64,000 nt of DNA, taken from positions 128,001 to 192,000 of the forward strand of contig CAVPRW010000014.1 of assembly GCA_963707985.1 (NCBI GenBank). The letters are read 5' to 3'. Under the pieces are notes generated by a model that was given only the letters and a program-made list of their open reading frames with translations, did no database searches and had not been told where the DNA came from. A program made the position numbers and the translations under genes. The stretch comes from an uncultured Nitrospinota bacterium (GTDB lineage Bacteria > Tectomicrobia > Entotheonellia > J063 > CAVPRW01). Shown piece by piece: positions 54,887-64,000 of the stretch (positions within the stretch are counted from its first letter, which is position 1; each line of letters starts with the position of its first letter).

Positions 54887-55801
54887 TTACAATTGTCGCA
54901 ACTGCGGATCGGACCAGACACGGAACCAATCACCGAGCAGGTTAGCGGCCAGGACCACAAACATGATGCACAGACCCGGCAACACACTTAACCACCAGTA
55001 GCCGGCCATGAGCCCCGACTTGCCCTCGGCGAGCATCAACCCCCAGGCCGGTTCCGGTGGCGCCACCCCCACGCCGAGGAAGCTCAGCGTCGCTTCGGTG
55101 ATGATAGATACCCCGATCTGCAACGTGGCGATCACAATGGCGCTGTTGGCCACATTGGGCAGGATATGCGTCCACATAATCTTGGCCTGGCTACACCCAG
55201 CGACGGTCGCTAAGCGCACGTAATCCCGTTCTTTGAGGCTTAATACCTCCCCACGGATGACCCGCGCATAGCGCGTCCAATAGACGAGCCCCAAGATGAG
55301 AATGATGTTCCATTTGCCCGGTTGCATCAAGACCGCGAACAAAATCGCGAAGGTCACCCCGGGCAGTGCCAACCAGGCGTCCGTGAGTCGCATAATCACC
55401 TGATCGACCCAGCCTCCCCGAAATCCTGCCATAATCCCCAGAGTCGTCCCGAGGGTGCCAGCGAAGATCGATGCTGTGACGCCCACCAGTAGGGAGATGC
55501 GTGCCCCAAAGATGAGCCGACTCAGGATATCGCGGCCCATGTGGTCCGTGCCCAGGATATATTCCCAACTCCCCTTATCTTGCCATACAGGAGGTCGATA
55601 GCGGTAGCGGAGATTACCGACCTCAGGGTTGTGCGGGGCGAGGAAGTCGGCCGCGACGGCCGCGAAGATCAGGGTGGCCAGGATCAAGAGGGGGAAGATC
55701 GGCACCCTCTGCAGCACTGAGGCGACTTTCCTCCACCGCGTCAATTCAAAGGACTGCGCCGCGAACGTGTCGCCTGTCGCAACGGCTTGGCTAGTTTCCA
55801 T
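54887..55801 (-). CDS. ABC permease (DppC-like)
   Basis: LGTDHMGRDILSR, LSFLGVG. Confidence 0.92.
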   Translation of the reverse strand: METSQAVATGDTFAAQSFELTRWRKVASVLQRVPIFPLLILATLIFAAVAADFLAPHNPEVGNLRYRYRPPVWQDKGSWEYILGTDHMGRDILSRLIFGARISLLVGVTASIFAGTLGTTLGIMAGFRGGWVDQVIMRLTDAWLALPGVTFAILFAVLMQPGKWNIILILGLVYWTRYARVIRGEVLSLKERDYVRLATVAGCSQAKIMWTHILPNVANSAIVIATLQIGVSIITEATLSFLGVGVAPPEPAWGLMLAEGKSGLMAGYWWLSVLPGLCIMFVVLAANLLGDWFRVWSDPQLRQL

Positions 55802-56711
55802 AACGGATCCTCGGATCGATGTAGGCGTAGAGAATGTCCACGATCAGGTTGACGCTGACGAACATCAACCCGCCCATGAGCACTGTGGTTTGAACAACTG
55901 GGAAATCCCGGAAGGAGATACCTTCAAACAGCAGTCGTCCGACGCCAGGCCAGGCGAAGACCGATTCCACGACCACCGCCACGTTGACCATCAGCACCAG
56001 GTTGATGCCGGCCAATGTGAGGACGGGGATCACAGCGTTTTTGAAGGCGTGTTTAAGGATCACTAAGCGCTCGGAAAGCCCCTTGATGCGGGCCAGCTTG
56101 ATGTATTCGCTGCCCAAGACCTCCAGCATGGCCGACCGCGCCAGACGCATATGGGCGGCGGTGAACACCCACCCCAGCGAGAAGGCGGGCATGATGAGAC
56201 TTTTCCAGCTTTCAGCTCCCGAACTGGGCAGCCAGTTGAGATAGACCGACAGGGTGAGGATGAGTATCAGGCCCACCCAAAAGCTGGGCAGGGACAAACC
56301 AAGAATGGCAAAGATCTTCCCGAAGTTGTCAAACCAGGTGTTGACACGTACTGCCGAGAAGATGCCGACCGGAATGCCGATCAACAACGAGATCGTCATG
56401 GCCACTGTGGCGAGCAGAATGGAGGCTGGAAGACGCTGGATGTAAAGGTCGAGAGCGGGGATACGGTAGTAGATCGACTTCCCGAAGTCCCCCCTGAGAA
56501 GGTTCTTGACGAACACCAAATACTGCACCACGATCGGCTTATCGAGCCCAAATTCCCGACGGATCGCCTGCAAATCTTCCTCTTTCGCACCCGGCTCGGC
56601 CATCAGCACCGCTGGATCGCCCGTAATCCGCACCATACTGAAGATCGTGATGCTCAAAAGAACCAACGACACGATCGCGTACAGGATACGTCGGATGATA
56701 TACCCTTGCAT
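55791..56711 (-). CDS. ABC permease (DppB-like)
   Basis: GLDKP..VQY, EYIKLARIKGL, RDFPVVQ. Confidence 0.92.
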   Translation of the reverse strand: MQGYIIRRILYAIVSLVLLSITIFSMVRITGDPAVLMAEPGAKEEDLQAIRREFGLDKPIVVQYLVFVKNLLRGDFGKSIYYRIPALDLYIQRLPASILLATVAMTISLLIGIPVGIFSAVRVNTWFDNFGKIFAILGLSLPSFWVGLILILTLSVYLNWLPSSGAESWKSLIMPAFSLGWVFTAAHMRLARSAMLEVLGSEYIKLARIKGLSERLVILKHAFKNAVIPVLTLAGINLVLMVNVAVVVESVFAWPGVGRLLFEGISFRDFPVVQTTVLMGGLMFVSVNLIVDILYAYIDPRIRYGN

Positions 56712-57186
56712 AGTTCTTCCTTCTTCGCTGTATTGTCGACGCCTATCATTGGAGCGACATGAAGCGCCACAGCAGACGTTCTTGCCCTCTAGACGAGCGT
56801 GCGCAAGGTCATCCCAGCATTACGTGTGACTACCTCGATCACTGGGCTGCAGAAGACATCGTTTTCTACATACTAGTCCTTACTACATTGTACACTTTTT
56901 ACATCTTATCGTACATAACGTCTTGTTTGGAGTGCAGCATTTTTTCGTGGCAGTTTTCGGGCATACGTTATACTACCCGTGACGACCCCACCCCAGCGCT
57001 AGGCCACCGTGCGCCTTCCCACCGCATCTACATGGGGCCGAGCCCATGGTGGCTTATCTGGGAAATCAGACAAGCCGAACCATGAATTTGCTTCATTATA
57101 GCGTGAAAAGTTCTTCATGATAGAGGGAGTTTCATAATAAATCAAGGGTGTTTCATGGTCTTTTCTCGACCGGAACGTGGTTCGAT

Positions 57187-58725
57187 CTAGGGTTTTTTCA
57201 GCCGGAGATTCTCGTATGGCCCCGAGTAGGCGAACTGCGGGATCATGCCAAGCCCTGAGACCTCAACACGTGGCCCCGAGGCACAGATGAACGCCGGGTC
57301 AAAGAGCGGCGCGTACATGACTTTGTCATACATCAGGCGTTGGATTTGATAGAGCAAGTCCGCCCGCTTGTGGCGATCGCGCTCGACTGATTGCTGGGCG
57401 AAGAGCGCATCGATATCGGGATACCCGCCGTAGGCATAGCTCCCACCGGTGACGGCAAAGGCTTCGATACGTGTCGCGGCATTCCCGAAGGCACCGCTGA
57501 CGCCCAAAATGAGATGATTCAGCTTTTTCTCGCGCCAGGACGTGAAAAAAGCGGCGCGCTCCATAGTACGCACCTTGAGTTTGATGCCGACGGCGGTCAG
57601 GAAATTTGCCGTGCCTTCAGCGTAGGCATAAAATGGTGGGTTCGGCGTAATCTCTCCAGCGTCGAAACCGTTCGGGTAGCCCGCTTCCTTGAGCAGTTGC
57701 TTGGCCCGGGCGGGATCGTATGGATAGGGCTCACGGGGGAGCACGAAATCAAAGTCGCGGGGAATGGTGGTACCGGTGACCTTCGATAATCCAAGCGTTT
57801 CGGCTTCGTTGATGGCCTGCCGATCGATGGCGTAATTTGCCGCCAATCGTACTCGGCGGTCATGCCAGGGAGACTTCGGATCCCATTGTTCACTGAAGTA
57901 GACGAACCACACCGCTGGGGGATAAACGGGCTCCAGCTTCAGACGAGGATCACGTCGCACCTCCTCGGCCAGTGCCCCCCCGAGGCCAAAGGTAATATCC
58001 ACTTCTTGACGTTTGAGCATGGCCACACGTGTCGTTTCCTCGGGAACACCTTTGAAGACCAAGCGTTTCACCGCAGGCATCTTACGCCAATAGTGTTCAT
58101 AGGCCTCGAACACCACGCCGATCCCCGGCTCATGACTGACGAACCTATAAGGCCCAGCCCCGATGGGATGCTGCTTGAAGCCATCATCGCCCACTTGCTC
58201 GACGTATGTTTTCGGGACGATCCAGCCGGCCCCGGTCGCCGGTGTGCCAAAGAAAGTCATAAAATCGGGCCAGGGCTCCTGCAGATGAAACCGCACCCGA
58301 CGCGGATCGACAATTTCGACCTCACGCACTCGCTCCCTATACTCCCTGGCAGAAGTCCCTTTGTAGCGTAGGAAGCTGAATTTCACGTCCTCGGCGGTGA
58401 CGGGATCACCGTTATGGAAGGTCACCCCAGGACGCAGGATGAACTCGTAGGTTAGGCCATCAGCGCTTTCCGACCAGGACTCCGCCAGACTGGGAGCCAG
58501 GAGGTTATCCGGCATGGGTTTGAGGAGAGCGTCGTGGAGGGCATACAGAAACATGAACGGAGTGATAATGCCGGGGGTCTCAGCGGGATCGAACCACGTC
58601 GGCGCCAGAGTCACATGCACTCCCCAGGTCATGGTGCCCTCGGGCTTAGCCTGGGCCACCGCGCCTGATACCCAGAGCAAGATCAGCACCAGCCACAGCA
58701 CTGCCGTCATCACCCACGTGCGCAT
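57187..58725 (-). CDS. ABC solute-binding protein, family 5
   Basis: Signal peptide; PSLAESW, IGAGPY and PWHDRRVRLAAN motifs; paralog of the next gene. Confidence 0.9.
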   Translation of the reverse strand: MRTWVMTAVLWLVLILLWVSGAVAQAKPEGTMTWGVHVTLAPTWFDPAETPGIITPFMFLYALHDALLKPMPDNLLAPSLAESWSESADGLTYEFILRPGVTFHNGDPVTAEDVKFSFLRYKGTSAREYRERVREVEIVDPRRVRFHLQEPWPDFMTFFGTPATGAGWIVPKTYVEQVGDDGFKQHPIGAGPYRFVSHEPGIGVVFEAYEHYWRKMPAVKRLVFKGVPEETTRVAMLKRQEVDITFGLGGALAEEVRRDPRLKLEPVYPPAVWFVYFSEQWDPKSPWHDRRVRLAANYAIDRQAINEAETLGLSKVTGTTIPRDFDFVLPREPYPYDPARAKQLLKEAGYPNGFDAGEITPNPPFYAYAEGTANFLTAVGIKLKVRTMERAAFFTSWREKKLNHLILGVSGAFGNAATRIEAFAVTGGSYAYGGYPDIDALFAQQSVERDRHKRADLLYQIQRLMYDKVMYAPLFDPAFICASGPRVEVSGLGMIPQFAYSGPYENLRLKKP

Positions 58726-58795
58726 CCCTCTCTCCTCTCTATACTGCCAGCTTCGATCACGCGTCCTCATCCGCTGCAGACCCGTTGTGACCAGG

Positions 58796-60340
58796 TCATT
58801 TCCCCTTCAATCGCATGTCCTCGAATGGGCCAGTATAATAGAATAAGGGAATCTTCCCTAGGCTGGCCTCCTCCACTCGTGGCCCCACACCTGTATGCCA
58901 TACCCAAGCATAGAGCGGTACGAAGAGTGCCCGCTCATACGACAGGCGTTGGATGTCGAGGAGCATGGCCTCGCGTGTGCTGACATCGGTCTCGACATCC
59001 TGCTTGCGGAATAACTCATCGATATCCGGATGGTTAACGTACGCATACGTTCCAGAACTCATGACATAGTTTTCGATACGAGTCACGGCGTTGCCGAAGC
59101 CGCCTGCCCCACAGAAACCCATGCCATGCAGCTTTTTCTCCTTCCAGGCCGAAAGCCAGGCAGCGCGCTCCATCGTGCGGATTCTGCCGCGAATCCCCAC
59201 CGCGGCTAGATAGTTGATGACCGCCTCGGTCGGGCTGGAATACTGCACGGTCGTGGTCATCTCACCGGCGTCAAAGCCATTGGCATAACCCGCTTCCTTG
59301 AGCAGTTGTTTGGCGCGCTGGGGATCGTAGGCATACGGTTCCACGGGTAGGGCGAATTCGAATTCTCTCGGAATGATCGAGCCCATCACTGGCGCCGCCC
59401 CGTAGCTCTCCATCTCGGAAATGGTTTTCTTGTCAATGGCATAGTTGGCGGCCAACCGGACCCTGACATCATGCCAGGGGGACTTCGCATTGGCTTGATC
59501 GTGCAAGCAGATCCACTGTACCGATTGCCCCCCCGAGGGGATGAGCCGCAAGCGGGGATCACGCTTGACCTCTTCGCCGATGGCGCCCACCATCAGATAA
59601 GCGATATCCACCTCGCCATTCTTGAGCTGGGCCAGGCGGGTGGCCTCATCCGGCACCACTCGCATAGTGATGCGCTTGATGTGTGGGACTTTGCGCCAGT
59701 AATCTTCGAAGGCTTCCAAGACCAGTTCCAGACCCGCCTTGTGACTCACGAATTTGTAGGGGCCGGCCCCGATGGGGTGCTCGGTGAAGCCGTCGTCACC
59801 CACCTGCTCGAGATATTTTTTGGGCACGATCCACGACGCGCCGGAGGCAGGCGTGGCATAGAACAGTAAGAAATCGGGCCAGGGGGCGTGTAGATGGAAC
59901 CGGACACGCTGGGCATCTACCACTTCTACCGCTCTGACTTTCTCCTTGAGCAAATTGGCGGCAGCCCCTTTATAGCGCTCAAAAGTATACTTCACGTCCT
60001 CTGCGGTGACCGGTTCGCCGTGGTGAAACTTAATGTCTGGGCGAAGCTTGAACTCGTAGACCACTTTATCGGCACTCTCCATATAGGATTCGGCCAGGCT
60101 AGGCGTCATGCGCCCCTCGGGCATGGGCTTAAAGAGTGCATCATGCAGGCCGTACTGCACCATTGTCGGGGAGATGATGCCGGTATTCAGGCCGGGATCA
60201 AACCACGCCGGGGCCAATGTCACATGCATCGCATAGGTGAGTTCCCCCTCGGGCTTGGTGGCAGCCTGGCCCTCACCGCTAAGACAGGCCACGCCAAACG
60301 CCAGGAGAAGCACCGCGCGCTTAATCCATCGCCCAGCCAT
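58796..60340 (-). CDS. ABC solute-binding protein, family 5 (tandem paralog)
   Basis: Same motifs (HVTLAP.WFDP, IGAGPY, PWHDVRVRLAAN); RBS AGGAGG. Confidence 0.9.
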   Translation of the reverse strand: MAGRWIKRAVLLLAFGVACLSGEGQAATKPEGELTYAMHVTLAPAWFDPGLNTGIISPTMVQYGLHDALFKPMPEGRMTPSLAESYMESADKVVYEFKLRPDIKFHHGEPVTAEDVKYTFERYKGAAANLLKEKVRAVEVVDAQRVRFHLHAPWPDFLLFYATPASGASWIVPKKYLEQVGDDGFTEHPIGAGPYKFVSHKAGLELVLEAFEDYWRKVPHIKRITMRVVPDEATRLAQLKNGEVDIAYLMVGAIGEEVKRDPRLRLIPSGGQSVQWICLHDQANAKSPWHDVRVRLAANYAIDKKTISEMESYGAAPVMGSIIPREFEFALPVEPYAYDPQRAKQLLKEAGYANGFDAGEMTTTVQYSSPTEAVINYLAAVGIRGRIRTMERAAWLSAWKEKKLHGMGFCGAGGFGNAVTRIENYVMSSGTYAYVNHPDIDELFRKQDVETDVSTREAMLLDIQRLSYERALFVPLYAWVWHTGVGPRVEEASLGKIPLFYYTGPFEDMRLKGK

Positions 60341-60830
60341 GAGTATGCCTCCTGCCTTCATATGCCGTAGCTGCACGTCGAGGAGTCGTACCAACGTCTC
60401 CTGCCGTCGTAGGTGGCATTGCAGAGCCGGCATCGCTGCGGGGGCGGTGATGCCGAACGGTAAGACCCGTGCTGGGGGTGTCTAGCGGAGATCTGACTCT
60501 TGCACCGATCACTCCCTGCGCAACTCGGCAGGCCAGCTCTTGCACCTCCCCAGCGTGGTCGTCAGAGAGGTGTCGCGCGTAACGTACCGTAAAACTTGAA
60601 GGTGGAGGCACTTTACTTAAATGTCCTATGGCTGTCAAGTGCAAATCCAGCTGGATCGCATGCCCGCAGAATCCGCACGGGTGCGACCCATGCGCTGCCC
60701 CTGACCCAGGCTCTTCGCCTTGACACCGCCCCCGGCCCGCTGATACCATGACAGATCGGTTTTTGGGTGGCGAAGCGGGTGCGACGCTGTGCTCGACAGC
60801 TAGGCAGTCGAACGGAGGGGGGGTAGGTCG

Positions 60831-61235
60831 ATGGTGCAGCCGACGTATGATGATGCCAATCTGCTGCTGCGCTTGTACGAAATTCGCCGCGAGGACAAAC
60901 TGCGGCAGGCCCGTCAGTGGTTCCTATTCGAATTTACGCCAGGGGACTGGAAGCAGATCCGGGAGACGTTTTTCACTGGAGCGGAGCAGGACAACTACGT
61001 ACGAATGGTGGTAAGCTATTGGGATATGGCCTGTGCCCTGGTGAAGCAGGGTGTGCTTAACAAAGACCTATTTTATAGCACAAATGGAGAACATCTGGCC
61101 GTGTGGAACAAGACCAAGCCCTGGGTTGCCGGGGTGCGCGAGGAGTTCAAAAATCCGTTTATGCTTCGTAACCTGGAGGACATCGCTGAAGACACCATGC
61201 AGTGGCGTACACGGCAAATCGAAAAAACTCAATAG
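60831..61235 (+). CDS. Conserved hypothetical protein (DUF4760-like)
   Basis: DANLLLRLYEIRRE..LRQARQWF...SYWDMA pattern; immediately upstream of leuS. Confidence 0.65.
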   Translation: MVQPTYDDANLLLRLYEIRREDKLRQARQWFLFEFTPGDWKQIRETFFTGAEQDNYVRMVVSYWDMACALVKQGVLNKDLFYSTNGEHLAVWNKTKPWVAGVREEFKNPFMLRNLEDIAEDTMQWRTRQIEKTQ

Positions 61236-61262
61236 CGTTGCAGGGTGGGGGACATCGGGGTC

Positions 61263-63848
61263 ATGGAAGAGCGTTATCCCTTTCAAACCATTGAACCCAA
61301 GTGGCAACAACACTGGGAGGCAGAGCACATTTTCGAGGTTCGGGAAAACACCGATCAGCCGAAGTTCTATCTCCTCGAGATGCTCCCATATCCCTCCGGA
61401 CGTATCCATATGGGACATGTGCGCAATTACTCCATCGGCGATGTCTTGGCGCGGTTCCTACGGATGCGCGGCTATAATGTCCTCCACCCGATGGGCTGGG
61501 ATGCGTTCGGGCTTCCCGCCGAGAATGCCGCCATCGAACACCGCGTTCATCCCGCCCAATGGACCTATGCCAACATTGCGGAGATGAAGACCCAGCTCAA
61601 ACGCATGGGCTTCAGCTATGATTGGACACGGGAGATTGCCAGCTGCGACCCGAGCTACTACACCTGGAATCAGTGGATGTTCCTCAAGATGTGGGAGCGT
61701 GGCCTGGCCTACCGCAAGCGATCGCTGGTGAACTGGTGCGACTCGTGCTTGACGGTGCTTGCCAATGAACAGGTCGAAGACGGCGTATGCTGGCGCTGCT
61801 CGACACCAGTCACCCAGAAAGAATTGGAGCAGTGGTTCCTGCGCATTACCGCCTATGCCGATGCGCTGCTTGAAGGCTGCGACCGCATTGCCGCTGGTTG
61901 GCCTGAGCGTGTACTCACCATGCAGCGCAACTGGATTGGCCGCAGCACTGGTGTCGAGGTGAATTTTCCAGTGGTCGACGGCAACGCGCCCATCCGCATC
62001 TTCACAACCCGCCAGGATACATTATATGGTGCAACGTTCATCGTGTTGGCTCCCGAACACCCACTGGTCCGCCCGCTCATCGCCGGCCTGCCCCAGGAAC
62101 GCGAGGTGCTGACGTTTGTGGAACAGACTGCCGGCATGGATCGGTTTTCCCGCACCGCAGTCACCACGGAAAAGCTCGGCGCCTTCACCGGCCGCTATGC
62201 CGTCAACCCCATGACTCACGAGTCGATCCCCATCTGGGTCGCGAATTTCGTCCTGATGGACTACGGCACGGGCGCCATCATGGCGGTACCGGCCCACGAT
62301 CAGCGCGACTTTGAGTTCGCCAAGCAATATGCCTTGCCGATCCGAGTGGTGATACAGCCCCTTGACCGGACACTGGACGCCAACAGGATGACCGAGGCCT
62401 TTGTTGATGACGGCCAGATGGTCAGCTCCGGCCCCTTTACCGGACTCGAAAGTACAGCGGGTCGTGATCGAGTTGCCGAATATATTGAAAAACAATCTCT
62501 TGGACAGGAAACCATCAACTTTCGTATTAAGGATTGGGGTATATCTAGGCAAAGATATTGGGGAACTCCCATTCCAATGATTCATTGCTCCGGCTGCGGC
62601 ATCGTTCCTGTGCCCTATACAGACCTGCCTGTTGTGCTGCCACTTGACCTGCAATTCGAGTATGGGGCGCGTTCACCGTTGGCCGAAACACCTTCGTTCT
62701 ACGCGGTCTCTTGTCCCAGCTGTGGGCAACCCGCGCGGCGCGAGACTGACACGATGGATACGTTTGTCGATTCATCGTGGTATTTTGAGCGTTACACTTC
62801 GCCCCGTGCGAACGACGGCCCATTTGATCTGCATGCGGCAGACCATTGGATGCCCGTCGACCTCTACATCGGCGGCATCGAGCATGCCGTGCTGCACCTC
62901 TTGTACGCGCGGTTCTGGACCAAAGTGTTGCGGGATCTGGGGCTGATGAAATATGATGAGCCGTTTATGCGGCTGCTCACACAGGGAATGGTCTGCATGG
63001 AAACTCTGTGGTGCCCGCAACACGAGTGGCTCTTCCCCACCCAGATGCGCGATGGCACATGCGTTGAGTGCGGCAGGCTCGTAACCGTTGGCCGCATGGA
63101 GAAGATGTCCAAATCCAAGCATAATGTCGTCGACCCGGACGAGATGATTCACAAATATGGAGCCGATACGACCCGGCTGTTCATCCTCTTTGCCGCCCCA
63201 CCCGAACGTGATCTCGATTGGAACGACCAGGGCGTGGAGGGCTGCTATCGCTTCCTGAATCGTGTGTGGCGCATGGTACGGCGCATCGCCGTGCACACCG
63301 CTGACCTGCCGGGCGATCCGGCCTCACTGAGCGCGGCCTCAGGCGCTGCGCTAGCCTTGCGTCGGAAGACTCAGCAGACGATACGCAAGGTGACTGAGGA
63401 TATCCAGGATCGCCTGCACTTCAACACCGCGGTGGCAGCCATTATGGAATTGATCAATACGCTCTATCAATTTGCGGTAGAGGAGGTGCAGGACTCCCCA
63501 ACCCAGCATGCCTTGCGGGAGGCCGCTGAAGCCACAACCGTACTCCTCTCACCATTCACACCCCATCTCGCCGAAGCGCTGTGGCAGCAGCTCGGCCATG
63601 ACGACAGCATCTTGCGCCAGCCGTGGCCAGCCTATGACCCCCTGTTGACGCAAGAGGATGAGGTGACTATTGTCATCCAGGTCAACGGCCGGGTGCGTAG
63701 CCGTCTCATGGCAGCGGCGTCGATTGCCGAGGACGACCTGCGGGAAGCGGCGTTGCGTCATGAGCGGATTCAGGAGTGGATTGCCGGGAAGGCCATCCGT
63801 AAGGTCATTATCGTGCCACAGAAACTCGTCAATATCGTTGTCGACTGA
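61263..63848 (+). CDS. leuS: Leucine--tRNA ligase
   Basis: PYPSGRIHMGH (HIGH), DWGISRQRYWG, GGIEHA and KMSKS motifs. Confidence 0.97.
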   Translation: MEERYPFQTIEPKWQQHWEAEHIFEVRENTDQPKFYLLEMLPYPSGRIHMGHVRNYSIGDVLARFLRMRGYNVLHPMGWDAFGLPAENAAIEHRVHPAQWTYANIAEMKTQLKRMGFSYDWTREIASCDPSYYTWNQWMFLKMWERGLAYRKRSLVNWCDSCLTVLANEQVEDGVCWRCSTPVTQKELEQWFLRITAYADALLEGCDRIAAGWPERVLTMQRNWIGRSTGVEVNFPVVDGNAPIRIFTTRQDTLYGATFIVLAPEHPLVRPLIAGLPQEREVLTFVEQTAGMDRFSRTAVTTEKLGAFTGRYAVNPMTHESIPIWVANFVLMDYGTGAIMAVPAHDQRDFEFAKQYALPIRVVIQPLDRTLDANRMTEAFVDDGQMVSSGPFTGLESTAGRDRVAEYIEKQSLGQETINFRIKDWGISRQRYWGTPIPMIHCSGCGIVPVPYTDLPVVLPLDLQFEYGARSPLAETPSFYAVSCPSCGQPARRETDTMDTFVDSSWYFERYTSPRANDGPFDLHAADHWMPVDLYIGGIEHAVLHLLYARFWTKVLRDLGLMKYDEPFMRLLTQGMVCMETLWCPQHEWLFPTQMRDGTCVECGRLVTVGRMEKMSKSKHNVVDPDEMIHKYGADTTRLFILFAAPPERDLDWNDQGVEGCYRFLNRVWRMVRRIAVHTADLPGDPASLSAASGAALALRRKTQQTIRKVTEDIQDRLHFNTAVAAIMELINTLYQFAVEEVQDSPTQHALREAAEATTVLLSPFTPHLAEALWQQLGHDDSILRQPWPAYDPLLTQEDEVTIVIQVNGRVRSRLMAAASIAEDDLREAALRHERIQEWIAGKAIRKVIIVPQKLVNIVVD

Positions 63849-63890
63849 ACGCCTCGCGTGCCCCTTCGGTCTTGCCAGGGGAGGGCGCGG

Positions 63891-64000
63891 GTGACCGAGG
63901 ACACGACTGGTACGATCACCGCATCAGTTATCGAGACGGGAACCGCCGCCATGGCAGGGGCTGTTGGCGCTCCTGGTAGTTGTGTTGATCGGCTGTGGTT
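63891..64000 (+). CDS. lptE: Probable LptE lipoprotein, 5' end (partial; likely indel just after the GTG)
   Basis: WQGLLALLVVVLIGCG lipoprotein signal right after leuS, matching the common leuS-lptE gene order. Confidence 0.5.
   Translation, partial: MTEDTTGTITASVIETGTAAMAGAVGAPGSCVDRLW

Noticed and set aside
60341..60830. Riboswitch upstream of the SBP genes (hairpin GGCATCGC...GTGATGCC)
   Set aside because: No recognisable TPP, cobalamin, SAM or FMN consensus; a single hairpin is insufficient evidence.

Overview
A GC-rich (~60%) bacterial chromosomal segment. The gene repertoire (many peptide/nickel-type ABC solute-binding proteins, flavin monooxygenases, a CoA transferase, characteristic IS remnants) is reminiscent of Tectomicrobia/Entotheonella-like or deltaproteobacterial genomes; this taxonomy is inference only. 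Left part (1-22 kb): class III CoA transferase, glgX, an operon starting with a B12-binding-like radical SAM gene whose apparent TGA stop is followed by a SECIS-like hairpin and an in-frame AEP tail (C-U-A-E-P selenoprotein) plus NifU-C and DUF169 genes, an acyl-CoA synthetase whose last 16 codons recur 3 kb downstream, an oxygenase cluster including an FMO and a DinB-[2Fe-2S] ferredoxin fusion, and a response regulator / REC-cyclase / heme-c hybrid kinase operon. Middle (22-38 kb): a mobile-element-rich island with two inverted IS1-family copies, a proteasome-beta/Ntn-hydrolase-like orphan gene, a transposase-free 1.8-kb cassette with ~130-bp terminal inverted repeats, lectin-like genes, an FkbM methyltransferase, a fitAB/vapBC-type module and several remnants. 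Right part (38-64 kb): two Dpp/Opp ABC systems, a ThDP enzyme, a mazF pseudogene, an acyl-CoA dehydrogenase, PBP1b plus a TPR lipoprotein, a Cys-rich ECF sigma factor, leuS and the start of lptE. Many genes carry single-base indels, probably long-read consensus errors, so frameshifts alone are weak evidence of pseudogenisation. No rRNA, tRNA or CRISPR array was seen. All family assignments are by eye from motifs; no database searches were run.
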